From NCBI GenBank assembly GCA_951406725.2, contig OX597817.1, positions 78,802,001-78,866,000 on the forward strand: DNA of 64,000 nt. Reading direction: 5' to 3'. Within the stretch, counting starts at the first letter, position 1. Each line of letters opens with the position of its first letter. The position numbers and the translations under genes are program-made. Origin of the DNA: Octopus vulgaris (Eukaryota). The notes beneath the pieces are model-generated. The model had not been told where the DNA came from and made no database searches. It saw nothing but the letters and a program-made list of their open reading frames with translations. Of this stretch, positions 40,756 to 55,870 are shown one piece after another.

Positions 40756-41763
40756 TATATATATATATATATAAGGAAGATAAAAAAGGTAGAAAATGCT
40801 AAAATAATTTTATCATGAAAAATATTTTAGCACCAGTTTCAGTCTTTGCAACTTTTTCAACTTTGAATTTCTTTCACCAATTAACTTAGCATAAAAAAAC
40901 AATTAAATTGTGGAAAAATTAAATGAAATGGTTTTTAAAAATATGTCTGTAGTTTTCAAATTCAAGGGACGTTTTCCTTTTTTCTGGCTCCATCTCTCTT
41001 TTTTACCCTTTTGAAGGTAGTAGGTAGTAGGAAGTAGCTGTCCTAAAAGAATATTTGATATGAGTTTATATATGTATTCATATATACATATATATGAACA
41101 TACATATATATATATATAAGCATACACGCATGCATATAAACACATACACAGGTACACTTCTGTGTTTTTGTGTATTTTTGAGCATGTTTGTTGCTGTGTA
41201 TGTATGTATGTGAGTACGTATGTATGCAGAATTATAGGGGAAAATGAACAGAACAATATATAAACAAAAACACAAAATGTATCAAGATAAAAAAATATCC
41301 ATATCAATATAAAAAAACTGCAAAATAAAAAGGAATATCTACTATAACAGAGTCTGCTTGATTTATAGAAATAGTCATTCTGCGATCTTGGACAGAATCT
41401 TTTGTGTATTCAGTAGAGAGGGAATTACTAGATAATAGAGTCATATTAATCAAACATGGTTTTTATATAGACAACGAGAGCGATTAAACTGGCATAGAAT
41501 TAAAGACCTAGAATACAGACACAGATCATAAAAATGCTTGTGTATGAAGTGCATATAGATATGAATGTCTGTACATGTGTATATTTGTAGATGTGTGTAT
41601 GTGTGGGTGTTTATATATATGTATAATTATGCTTATGCATATGTATCTATCTTTCTCTACTGCTTTGTGGGTGTATGTATATACATGTACATTTACATAT
41701 ACATGTATGTGTATGTATATATACATACATACATATATATATATAAGTGTGTGTGTGTGTGTA

Positions 41764-41805
<42 letters not shown>

Positions 41806-41806
41806 G

Positions 41807-42033
41807 TCTTTTACTTTTTTACTTGTTTCAGTCATTTGACTGTGGCCATGCTGGAGCACGCCTTTAGTCAAGCAAACTGACTCAAGGACTTATTCTTTGT
41901 AAAATTAGTACTTATTCTATCGGTCTCTTTTGCTGAACTGCTAAGTTACAGGGACGTAAACACACCAGCATCGGTTGTCAAGTGATATTGGGGGGACAAA
42001 CACAGACACACAAACATATACACATACACACAC

Positions 42034-42084
<51 letters not shown>

Positions 42085-42249
42085 TATGATGGGCTTCTTT
42101 CAGTTTCCATCTACCAAATCCACTCACAAGGCTTTGGTCAGCCCAAGGCTATGGTAGAAGACACTTTCCCAAGGTGTCACGCAGTGGGGCTGAACCTGGA
42201 ACCATGTGGTTCATAAGCAAGCTACTTACCACACAGCCACTCCTACGCC
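41807..42249 (-). mobile_element. SINE family A, full length
   Basis: Reverse complement of the 43105-43520 family from head (ggcgtaggagtggctgtgtgg) to tail. Confidence 0.9.
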
Positions 42250-42263
42250 TATATATATATATA

Positions 42264-42458
42264 CTTTCTTATTAAAGCTGTGAAAACATTACAAAAACTA
42301 ATACTCAGAGTTTCACATTCCCGTTCATCAAGCAGTTGTGAAACTCTGGATAGCAGTATTTGTGATGTTTTTACAGCTTTGATAAAAAAGCGTATTACTC
42401 TGCCTTTGGTATTTGAGTACTATTTTTTTCATCTTGTTTTGCATTTATGTGTTTACTT
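42264..42458 (+). mobile_element. Fold-back hammerhead element family FB1, copy c (centre deleted)
   Basis: Same tail (tattactct...ggtatttgagtact...atttatgtgtttact). The left arm gives minus-strand ctgc TTGATGA acgggaatgt GAAA ctctgag TA. The right arm retains only gtgaaactctg. Confidence 0.75.
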
Positions 42459-42551
42459 GTGTGTGTGTGTGCGTGTGTACGTGCATGTGCTTCCCAATCA
42501 TCTGTGTATTTAGTGTGTGTTTGTATGATTATTTACAACATGTTTCTTTTC

Positions 42552-42589
<38 letters not shown>

Positions 42590-42632
42590 GTATGTCATGT
42601 TTTCCATTTGTCGTCTTTTTATTTAATCCTAA

Positions 42633-42682
<50 letters not shown>

Positions 42683-42686
<4 letters not shown>

Positions 42687-43052
42687 GGTCCCAGGTTCAG
42701 TCTTACTGAGTGACACATTAAGCGAAGGTCTTCTACTATAACCTTGGGTCGACCAAAGAATTGTGAGTGGATTTGGTAGACGGAAACTGAAAGTAGACCA
42801 TCGTATACATACATAAGCATATATCTATGTATGTGCCTTTGTGTTTGTCCTCCCTCCACTGGTCACTGCTTGACAACTAGTTTTATTGTGTTTACATCCC
42901 CCGTAACTTAGCAGTTCAGCTAAAGGGACCAATAAGATAAATACTAGGTTTAAAGAAATAAGTCCTGGGATCAATCTGTTCAACTAAAACACTTCCAGGT
43001 GGTGCTCCAGCATGGCCGCTGTCAGTAAGACTGAAACACGTAAAAAAATAAA
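42683..43052 (+). mobile_element. SINE family A, 5'-truncated
   Basis: Starts at acatggtcccaggttcagtc. Body and tail are present. Confidence 0.85.
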
Positions 43053-43053
43053 A

Positions 43054-43104
<51 letters not shown>

Positions 43105-43106
<2 letters not shown>

Positions 43107-43520
43107 CGCAGGAGTGGCTGTGTGGTAAGTACCTTGCTAACCAACCACATGGTTCCGGGTTCAGTCCCACTGTGTGGCATCTTGGGCAAGTGTCTTCTGC
43201 TATAGCCCCGGGCTGACCAATGCCTTGTGAGTGGATTTGGTAGACGGAAACTGAAAGAAGCCTGTCGTATATATGTATATATATACATGTGTATATGTTT
43301 GTATGTCTGTGTTTGTCCCCCTAGCATTGCTTGACAACCGATGCTGGTGTGTTTACGTCCCCGTAACTTAGCGGTTCGGCAAAAGAGACCGATAGAATAA
43401 GTACTGGGCTTACAAAGAATAAGTCCCGGGGTCGATTTGCTCGACTAAAGGCGGTGCTCCAGCAAAGCCGCAGTCAAATGACTGAAACAAGTAAAAGAGT
43501 AAAGAGTAAAGAGTAAGAGT
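43105..43520 (+). mobile_element. SINE family A, best-conserved full-length copy
   Basis: ggcgcaggagtggctgtgtggtaag (A box), gggttcagtccc (B box), retained CpGs and (gagtaaa)n tail. Inserted in (TA)n. Confidence 0.92.
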
Positions 43521-43992
43521 ATATGTTCAGTGTACGTTCATCTGACACCATTTATTTTTCTACATAGCATATCATGAAATGTAAGTCAAAATATTTAAGA
43601 AAATAGTTATAAAGTTAATATCAGATATTATGAGTGATTTTATTATTATTTTGCTATATATTTTTGTTCCAATGTTTACTTTTATTCTCAAGTTCTAAAT
43701 GTTATATTGTTCTTGCTATTGTTGTTACGTTTTAGTTTTCTATTTTTTCCGTTTTTTTTTTCTTTTTTGGTTTTAAGTATTTTTGATATAATTGTCATTA
43801 TGACTTTTATATATTACACATCATAGAAATTCAAGATTTTGAGGTAAGAATAAATGATTTGTGTCTATTAAAGTCTCATTTATAACTATAAATCTATGGA
43901 TATATAAACAGCCTATGAATTATATGGCTAATATGTACATAGAAACATAGATACATAAATATATACATACAAACATGTGTGTGTGTGTTTGC

Positions 43993-44083
<91 letters not shown>

Positions 44084-44090
44084 TATATAT

Positions 44091-44126
<36 letters not shown>

Positions 44127-44138
44127 GTACATATATAT

Positions 44139-44185
<47 letters not shown>

Positions 44186-44800
44186 TATATGTATACATAT
44201 ATATGCATGTGTGTGTGTGCATGCAACTATATATATATATATATGTATGTCTTCAGATACACACATTCATATGCACATAGGCACATGCATAGATATCTGT
44301 GTGTGTGAGCACGCATCTGTAAGTGTACATAGAATATGCAGAGATATACAAATCAATACACACACACACACAAACATACTATATATATATATGATATATA
44401 AAGTGGTGTGGTGTTTCTGAATGTCTGGAAGAGTAAATAACGGTCATTTTACTTTGTTTTTAGATGGTTTTTTTAAGTAGCCTCATAGGCATCAGTGTTT
44501 GGTTGTATATATTTCATTGTTTGTGTGTCTGTAGCCATGTGCGTATATGTATGTGTGGGTGTGTGTGTCTCTGTATGTGTGTATGTATGTATGTATACAT
44601 ACATAGACATTATATATGTGTGTGTGTGTGTGTCTGTGTGTGTATAGATATATGTATGTGCATGTGTGTGTGTGTTTGTGTATGAGTGTGTACATACATA
44701 CATACATATATATATATATATATTTATATATACATACATATATATCATCATCATCATCGTTTAACGTCCGTTTTCAATGATGATGACATATATGTATATG

Positions 44801-44843
<43 letters not shown>

Positions 44844-44896
44844 GAACACACATATATGAAACATGCTTGTGAATTGGTGTGGGAGGATCAGTATAT

Positions 44897-46215
<1,319 letters not shown>

Positions 46216-46377
46216 ATGCTTACAAATGTGCTGTTACTCCATTACCCTTAATTCTTAAGTTCATGTATATATGCTTACGTGTCTGAATTTAATCTTCATT
46301 GTACATCCTTGTATTGACTTCAGCTCATCAGTTTAAATCCACTGCAGATGGTAAACTAATTTCATTTTTATATATTT

Positions 46378-46515
46378 TAAATTCCGCCAAGGTCAACTTT
46401 GCCTTTCATCCTTTTGTGGTTGATAAATTAAGTACCAGTTGCATACTGGGGTTGATCTAATCAACTGGCCCCCTCCCCAAAAAATTTTGGGCTTTGTGCC
46501 TAGAGTAGAAAAGAT
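46378..46515 (+). mobile_element. SINE family B, 5'-truncated
   Basis: aaattccgccaaggtcaactttgcctttcatcc...gataaattaagtaccag...agagtagaaaag. Confidence 0.85.
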
Positions 46516-47449
46516 TATTCTATATATTTTTTTTATTCATTATTTACTCAGAATACAAGTACTGCTCTTAATCATGGAGAAATGAAGAGTAAAATTGACT
46601 TTCACAGGATTTGACCTCAGACTACTGGAAGCCAAAACAAATACCACAAGGTATCTTGTGGTATAGTTGAATGAGTTTGCCAATCAGCTCTCCCTGTGCA
46701 TCCTATCTTTTATTTGTTTCAGTCATTTGAGTGTGACCATACTGGGGCATTGCCTTAAGGGGTTTGGTTTAATAATTAGATTCCAGAATTAAATTTTAAG
46801 TCTGGTATTTAATCTGTCAGTTTCTTTTGCTGAACTGCTAAGATATGGCAACATAAACAAACCAACACTGGTTATAAAGCAGTGGTGGGATATAATCTCA
46901 AGCACAATGACACTCATACTATACATTCATATAAATATGCTACCACAAGGGTTTAGGTTCAGTCCTACTGTGTGTCAGTCCTACTGTGCCCCAGCAAATT
47001 TTGTGTGGAATACTCAGTGGAAAAGATTATAATCATCAGAAGAAGCCTTGTTTCTGATTCCCTGTGGTAGAGTAGACAAAAATGGATATTTTTTCCAGAC
47101 ATTGTTTTATTTACTTACATGTGCAGGCTGCATTGTCATATTCAAAATGACTACCAGACATAAACACAGTACAAGACAAAATATTGTAATAGCAAATGAG
47201 GCTATTGCAAAAACAAAGTACACAACCAAATAAACATAAAGAAAAAAGAATGAACATTATCAAGAAAAATTGACATAAAAATATTTCAAACCGTATAACA
47301 AATAAGCTTTAAAATAATCATAACAACAAACTCAATGAAAAATCACACAAGAATTTCAAATTTTTTATAAAGTTGCTGTGTTAATGTTAGTCATATCTTA
47401 TTTGAAATACAAACAGGATATTTTGATTTAGCACTTTTCCCAAATAAAA

Positions 47450-48200
47450 GGAAAGCAGTTGGGTACATTTTTTAAAGCCAGACGGTAGTTCTTTCCTATA
47501 GGGTCTCATCCAAAAGAGAAAAAAGAATACAATTCTGTCTTTGCTTTAGAAAGGGTGGAGAAGATTTAGAATGATTAATAAAAAAGGCAATTACAACAGG
47601 CCCTCCAGGATATCTGAAGAGAAATTCTCTCAATAAAATAATAAAAAAATTGATATTGTCTGCTTCCCTTTTAAAACTGGAGACAAAATACTGGTTGAAA
47701 TTGTTAGATGCACTTTTGTCCCAACATACTGGGACACAAGTCTGATCATAAGGGTCATTGGAAGTGAGGTAGATCCATGATTCGTCGTCATTTTTGTATT
47801 GCAATATCAATGGGTAGGTTAAAGTATGGATAACAAGATATACCATATAATCAGATTTGCATGTTCTAATGACCCTGAAGTCCAAAATACCAAAATGGAA
47901 CTATGTGCAGTCAAGGTTTCTGTGACAAAGAGCCTTAAATTGATGGTTAGTTGCTACTTATGTTGCATTAAGAACCCCTCACAGACCTTTGCCCTGAAAA
48001 ACTAGGGAGACAAATCAAAATATGAGAAAGGAAAGCAATGGAGACCAGCTGAAGCAGTAACAATAACAACAAACTCTTGTTTTTAGAGCACCATCCATCA
48101 CAGCACCTAGAATGGTGGAGGAAATCACATTGTGCCAAGTTCTAAAAACAAGTGTGCAGACAACCCAGCCCCTAAAGATCAGAAACAGTAGCACTATTCC
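47450..48200 (+). pseudogene. Probable decayed LINE ORF1 (gag-like zinc knuckle)
   Basis: FVPTYWDTSLIIRVIGSEVDP*FVVIFVLQY from 47715. CYLCCIKN(H)LTDLCPEK at 47952-47998 fits CX2CX4HX4C if one base is restored at 47976-77. Confidence 0.45.
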
Positions 48201-48289
48201 ATTTTGTAATGAAAAAGAGATAATTGTTCCAAATGTAAGTCTCTAAAGTGTTAGGGATAATTCTAGAGGGAAAAAAATATTCCCCAAAA

Positions 48290-48959
48290 CGAAATATGCA
48301 GGAGGGGGCAAGTCAAAAGCATTGACCTCAGTGCTCAACTGGTACTTATCCTTTCAAGCCCAAAAGGATGACAGGCAAAGTTATTCTCTGTGGAATTTGA
48401 ACTCAGAATGTGAAGACATGAAATGCCACTAAGAATTTTGCCTGGTATGTTAAGGATTCTGCCAGCTCTCTGCCTCAATAATGGATTCAAATTTTGCCTC
48501 AAGGGCAGCCATTTTAGAGGAGAGAATGATTCGATTATATCAACCCCAGTGTTACACTGATACTTAATTTATTGACCCTGAAGGAATGAAAAGCAAAGCC
48601 AACCTTGGCAGAATTTGAACTCAGAACGTAACGACAGATGAAATACCACTAAGCAATTTGCCTGGCATGCTACTGATTCTACCAGCTCACCACCTTCTCT
48701 GTCTCAATAATAATAATTGTAATAGTAATAATAATAACAACAGTAATAATTCTTTCTGTTACGGTTACTAGACCTGAAATTTTAGCAGGTCGTTGGGGTT
48801 TACTTTGACCCCCAACGCTTGACTGGTACTTACCCAATTGACCTTGAAAGAATGGACAGCAAAGTTGACCTGCTACGTTTTAATTTCAGAATGCAAAACT
48901 GGGAGGAATGCCACTACACATTTTTGTCTGATATGCTATGATCCTGCCAGCTCACTGCC

Positions 48960-48960
<1 letters not shown>
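48290..48960 (-). mobile_element. Three tandem SINE family B copies
   Basis: Repeated ggtacttat...aaaggatga...ggcaaagt...gaatttgaactcagaa...gattctgccagctc blocks. Further copies at about 430-620, 49295-49500 and (+) 55362-55565. Confidence 0.85.
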
Positions 48961-49006
<46 letters not shown>

Positions 49007-49497
49007 CAGGCTTACCATCCCTACAGGAAGAGCAAAAAATTGTGTTAACTGGAACGACTCATGTACTGAGAAGAGCATTATCATTGTGTAAACAACATCC
49101 ATTCATGAATTTATTTGTTTATTAATTTTTTTTAAATACATATTTTACCTGTGAATTTGTGTGTGTAATCTGGAAATGCATTCAATGAGCTTCTCTGCCC
49201 TAGGTGTACAGAAAACACTCGGCAAGAAACGGAGCAAAATTTGAAGTAAGAAGGAAGAAAATAATAATAATGATAAAAACAATAATAATAATAATCCTTT
49301 CTACTAGAGGTGCAAGGCCTGAAATTTTGGGGGAGAGGACTAGTTGATGATATCAACCATAGTACGTATCTGGTACTTATTTCATCGATCCTCAGAGGAT
49401 GACAGGCAAAGTCAACCTCAGTGGAATTTGAAATCAGATCATAAGGGTAGACAAATTACTGTTAAGCATCTTGTACAGCATCTGTCAGATTGTTACC

Positions 49498-49552
<55 letters not shown>

Positions 49553-49566
49553 TAATAATAATAATG

Positions 49567-49599
<33 letters not shown>

Positions 49600-49602
<3 letters not shown>

Positions 49603-50156
49603 GCCCTGATGCAGTACCAGGCAGTGGCTCTCATGGCTTCTGATCTTAACTGATTGGAAGTGTTATCATGTACATTGTTTTGTCTTGGTATAAAAGATGG
49701 GCTACAGCAAATATTCTGCTCAATACCACAGATTTGCTTGTCAGTTGCTTGACCTTAACCAGTTGAGCATGTCCCTTAGTGGCTGACGATATGTGCATCT
49801 CTGATCACGAGCAGAAGTAGTGGGGGAGCATCATAGCCATGTGTTGAGAGGGATTCTTTGGGGTTTGAATAATTCACCTCTGGAAACATGGGTGGTTTTT
49901 TCAACATCCTTAAACAACCCTTATTCAGGGACCGTTTGAGCGGGATGGGCTACTCAACCTGAAGAAGATTCTAACTGGGCCCCACCTGCAAGGTCATGTG
50001 CTGTTTTTCTTGATATGAGATCACCATGTCGCGCACATATGGTTGTGATGCATGTGCCTGGTGTACCTTTATCAGACGGGTAGTCATGATGGGTATATTG
50101 GGCTTCGTATATTTTACCCCAGTGTCACGTTGATGGCATGAACTGCTCTCTCACTC

Positions 50157-50157
<1 letters not shown>
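49600..50157. mobile_element. About 560-bp non-coding element embedded in (TAA)n
   Basis: Sharp GC-richer block with (aat)n directly on both sides (49499-49599 and 50158-50185). No TIRs and no ORF. Confidence 0.7.
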
Positions 50158-50188
<31 letters not shown>

Positions 50189-51016
50189 CAATAAAACTTG
50201 TTTCAAAGTTTCATATCTCAATAATTTCTTCATAGTACTATAGAAAAACAGAAGGAAACACATTCCATTGGCTCTGCTACATCTTTTCTACATTTTCTAA
50301 TCTTGTTTTAATATGTTTTTTTTATTATCTTTATCTCATTTGAATATCAAATATTATGATGTCTGAGTTTTCTATTTCAATTGATACCCAATCCATCAAT
50401 GAATGATTATCTCTGCTGATTTCAGCAGAAAGATTGATTTTGTTTTTTAAATATTTTTTATTTTTTTAATTTTATTTATAATATTTTTTCTAGATATCAT
50501 TGAACACTGTCATTCCAAACACATCCCAGACTAATTCTTTTCTTGGGCAGGAGAAGGGCAGGAGGCAACATGGGTAATGTTGTTATGAATCATCTTTCTT
50601 CAATTTTATTTATGAATGCAAAATGAATGTTCTCATGATCAATACATAATGATACGTTTGGTGATTTTTCTCCTTGTAACAGACCAGAAGAAATTAATTC
50701 TTGGACTGATGCACACAATGCTCTTCTTTATTGCTTCTTCTTTGACATCGGATATGACATTTGACATTCCATAGCCTGGGCTGCTACAGTTATCTTTTAT
50801 CTGCTATTTGTTTCAGTTATTGGAAAGTGGCCATGCTGGGGCATGACCTTGAAGGAGTTAGTTGAATGAGTCAAGCCCTGTACTTATTTTATTTTCTCTC
50901 TTTCGCTAAACTGCTAACTTACGGGGATGTAAACAAAACAAGACTGGTTGTCAAGAAATGACTGAAGTACAAATAGAAGCACAAACACACCTACACACAC
51001 ACACACACACATATAT

Positions 51017-51323
51017 GAGAAAAAGAGATGACAAAAGAATAATGGATTATTTTATGAGCTTCCTTAGGTTATGAACTTCATCAGAGCACACTTCTTGTTT
51101 CATGCTCTGATGCAGCTGTAAGGTGTTACACAGGCACTCAACTATGAGCCTACTGCATCTTATAGCAGAAACAGCTGCAAGCTAATGAAGTTCATAAGAT
51201 AATCATTTATTTCTTTGTCATTTTTTTCTTGTTACTGCTCTGTACTTAACTAACGCTACATTCAGAAGCATATGCAAATTGAGTTCTACACATTGTTATT
51301 AGTCTTGAAACACCTAAGGGAAA
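51017..51323 (+). mobile_element. Fold-back hammerhead element family FB3
   Basis: Imperfect inverted arms at about 51019-51067 and 51182-51229. HHR relic gct CTGATGC a gctgtaaggtg...catcttatagc a GAAA cagctg CA agc at 51104-51182. Confidence 0.6.
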
Positions 51324-52484
51324 TATATATATATAGGAGAGGAAGGTGTCTTTGTGTTTTTATTTTGTGTCTTTCTGTTTCTATTTGTCCCCCATACCAC
51401 CACCACTTGCAGGTCAGTGTTGGTGTGTCTATGTACCCATAACTTAGTGGCTCAGCAAAAGAGAACCAATAAAATGAATATCAGGCTTAAAACGAAAATA
51501 AGTATCAGGGTCGATCCATTTGACTAAAAGAAATTGCTCAAAGTGGTGCCCCAGCATGGCCACAGTTTAATGAAACAAGTAAACAATAAAAGATAAGAGA
51601 TAAGTATGGTATGACTTCAAGGAGATTTGGCTGCTATTTTTAACAGCTGGAGCAACCACATACAGGATTTGGTATTAGAAAGTGTGGTAGTTTTTTGTTA
51701 CTGTTTAACCCCAGGCCTGATTTGACAGATCAAACCTATGTCAGAACCATGATCAATCTATCTATCTATCTAACAAGAATTGCTTACCTACTATTACTTT
51801 ATTCAATACGGCCCTATTTTTTTCAAAATGACAGGGTATAATATGAGAAAGAATTGGCTGCCATTTCTAGCATAGAGGTTCTTGTGTTGCATACTGATGA
51901 GGGAGACGAAGATGTTCATGGTAAAGAGTGGCAGAGGGAGTGAGACAGTGCCAATGGCTTGACGTTTCTAGTAGGGGCTTGAGTAGTAGTGCTGTGTCAG
52001 GGCTGGTGTGGTGGACATGAAGATTTATAATGTGACACGTACCTCTTCCTTGATACTTTAATGTTACAGACCAGTGAGTTTGTGCACTTCACAGCCTTGC
52101 ATGCATATTAAAACCGTTCTGGTTTTTCTTATGCAACAGCCATGTGACCACAATGAACTCAAGAATGCGTGCTTGCACACACATATATATATTACATGTA
52201 CATATTACACAATACATATATACATATGTGTTTGTGTATAAGCATGTGTGTGTGTATGTTTGTATATGCATATGTACTTAGATTGACAAATGCATAAGGA
52301 AATATGTCTTCACATACAAATGAATTTGTATATGTGTGTATGTATATACATGTTTACATGTATACCCACATTTAGACAAGTAAAAAATATACAAGGAAAT
52401 ATACACGTAGTTATTCAAACACAAGCATATTGAGCATATTACATTTGTGTGTGTGTGTATACACATATATGTATATGTATATAT

Positions 52485-52543
<59 letters not shown>

Positions 52544-53365
52544 TATATATGCATATAGATAGATATAGATATACATACATATACATATATACATACATAT
52601 ACATGCATACATATATATATATATACACACACATACACCCATATACATATGTGTGTGCATATAATTATACATATATACATGCACACAAGCACACACATGC
52701 TCACACACATACACACACACATGCACGAGAGTATACCAATATGCCAGAATGTATGATTGTGTAATTTGATAATACCACTGTATTTCTACATGCATGTGTT
52801 TACGAAGGCGTTTATAAAGATACATCAGTATGTATTTTAATAAATGCATACACATACGCAGAAAGAATTATACTTATTTACATATGGACATGCCTAAAAA
52901 CAACATATATGTTTACACACACGTGCATACACAAGAACATATACATGTGTGAATTGGAGGGGGCACGTGTGTGTGTCTCAAAATAAAAGACATTCAATAA
53001 ATATATAGATAAATAATATAAACTATAGATAACCAAATTTATCATCACTGCCAAAACATGCACATACATGCATAAAGCATACATTATATATAATGCATAA
53101 AGCTCTTTACAATCATCATCATCATCATGAACATAGCCATCATCATCATTGTCATCATCACCGTCAATATCACCATCATAATTATCATCGTCATAATCAG
53201 CATCATCATGATTATTATTCTGTATAATTTTTAGCATGTGCATAGATATACAGTTTTATGTGCCAAATGTTTTGTATATGTAACAGTCTTTCCACTTTCA
53301 TTTTGTTATTTTCCTCCCTCCCATACACATATATATTTATACATACATGTATATATATAGATGTA

Positions 53366-53405
<40 letters not shown>

Positions 53406-53419
53406 CATACATATATACA

Positions 53420-53502
<83 letters not shown>

Positions 53503-53749
53503 GTATATATGTGTATATATATATATATAAAATTATAATGTACAAATAGATATGTATATACACATACATATATACAAGTATATATTAATATGCATATAAA
53601 TATATAATTGTGCAAACACACGCATACAGACACACCAATATATATGTATATATATACATACATACATACATACATATATATATACATACAGACATACATA
53701 TATATATATATGTATATACATACATACATATATATATATATGTATATAC

Positions 53750-53797
<48 letters not shown>

Positions 53798-54336
53798 CTA
53801 CATATATATATATATATATATTTACTGAAATATATTTTGTTTTTTCTCAAGTTATTATCTTAATTCACTTATACAATATATTCTCTTCATACATGTATAC
53901 ATACAGACAAATTTTGGTGTGTATTACCAAAGCCTATATATTTGTGTATGTGCTCGTGCATGCGTGTATTTGTTAATTCATGTGTCACCAGGTTTACGCA
54001 TGAATAGCTGAAATGCATTTCCATATGTGTTAAAAAAAAAAGCACGAGGGGAAGTTAGACATTTGATGACTGATGGCATATGTGTTGCAATCACACCATA
54101 TATGGACAAATTGCATTTAGAGTTTTGCATGTGTAACATGCACTTTGACCAATGTGCATATCCATTAGAATGTTAATATGAAGCCAGCGGAATAAGAGTT
54201 TGATGAAATTAAAAACCAAAAATACATATTCACACCGCCATACATATGAAGACAAATGAACAATATACTTACACTAATCATGCATACTCAAACACACACA
54301 TACATACATGCATACATGCATTTGCCTTTCTCTCTT

Positions 54337-54402
<66 letters not shown>

Positions 54403-55606
54403 TTTGGATACACATGTATATAGATATATGTACATATAAACAAATGCTTACATATTATGCTTGTGTATATACACTCTGACATGCATAAATAATTATATAA
54501 CATCTTTTTTCTCAAACGCACACATACAACCACATAGATACATGGATATATATATATATATTTAAACATATATACATACATGCATACATGCTCACATGCA
54601 TACAAACAGACATACAAAGAAGCATGCATACATAGTTACATGCAACCACCCTCACATACATATGCAAATATACATACATACATATGCACAAACATTCTTA
54701 CAAATAAATATACATACATGCAAACAAGCATACTTAATACACATTGATACAAGTCTACATACATCATACACTAAAATACACATGCTACATTAAGGGCAGA
54801 TATACATGAACACATATCTTGAAATGTATATATTATGTGTTAAAACAGATACACACATCAATCAATAAGTAGAAATTATTACTAACTATATTTTCAGTAA
54901 CACACAGACATTCACATATGGGTTATGCACACACATACACACACACTTACACTACAGACTGAAGGCTTGTAAACAAATAGTTAAAGAATTTGGTTTTTGA
55001 TTGCAAGGGTGTAAGTTCAATTCTTGAGCTGCACATTGTCTTCTTGAACAAACTATATCACTTTGAGTTGCACCTGTCTATTCTGCTGAGACTGAATACC
55101 ACAAGGCATTGGGCAACCCAGGTCAATACTAAAAGTCATCTGACCAAAGTGCCATGCAGTGGAGCTGAACCTGTAGCCACTTAGCTGTAAAACAAGCTTC
55201 TTAACCACACAGCCATGTTTGGATGTAATAGGAGTCTGTGTCCACTTGTGATCTGACGGGCACCTAAAACAATCAACAAAAGCATCGTACATGTTACCAA
55301 GCCATGCTTACTCGTTAGTGACAGCTGGTTGTTCTGTGTTATATAATTACATACTAACATAGGCTGGTGTGCTGGCAGAATTGTTAGCATGTTGAGCTAA
55401 GTACTTTGCAGCATTTCATCCATCTTTACATTCTGAGTTCAAATTCCACAAAGGTTAACTTTGCCATTCATCCTTATGATAAAATAAGTAGCAGTTGAAT
55501 GTTCAGGTTAACAAACTAGCCCCTTTCCCCAAAATTCCAGGCCTTGTGCGTAAATCATAAAGGATAATAACATACTAGCATACAGGCATACTCATAAATG
55601 TGCACA

Positions 55607-55870
55607 CATCATCATCATCATCATCATCCTCATCATCATCGTTTAACGTTCGTTTTCCATGCTAGCATGGGTTGGACGGTTCAATTGGGGTCTGGGAAGC
55701 TAGGCAGCTGCACCAGACTCCAATCTGAACTGTCAGTGTTTCTACAGCTGGATACCCCTCCTAACGCCAACCACTCTGAGATTGTAATGCTTGCTTTTTA
55801 CATGTCACTGGCACAGGGGCCAGAGGGGGCTGGAATCAACCACATTTGGATGGTGCTTTTACGTGTCACT
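55607..55870 (-). mobile_element. SINE family C copy
   Basis: catcatcgtttaacgttcgttttccatgctagcatgggttggacgg...ctaacgccaaccactc. Confidence 0.85.

Noticed and set aside
43105-43180. tRNA gene at the SINE heads
   Set aside because: A/B boxes are present, but there is no complete cloverleaf and the sequence continues into a repeated SINE body.
47496-47885. 129-aa minus-strand ORF
   Set aside because: No recognisable domain. It is antisense to the probable LINE ORF1 relic.
51890-51920. CTGATGA gggagac GAAG
   Set aside because: Lacks A15.1, stem III and the NUH site.
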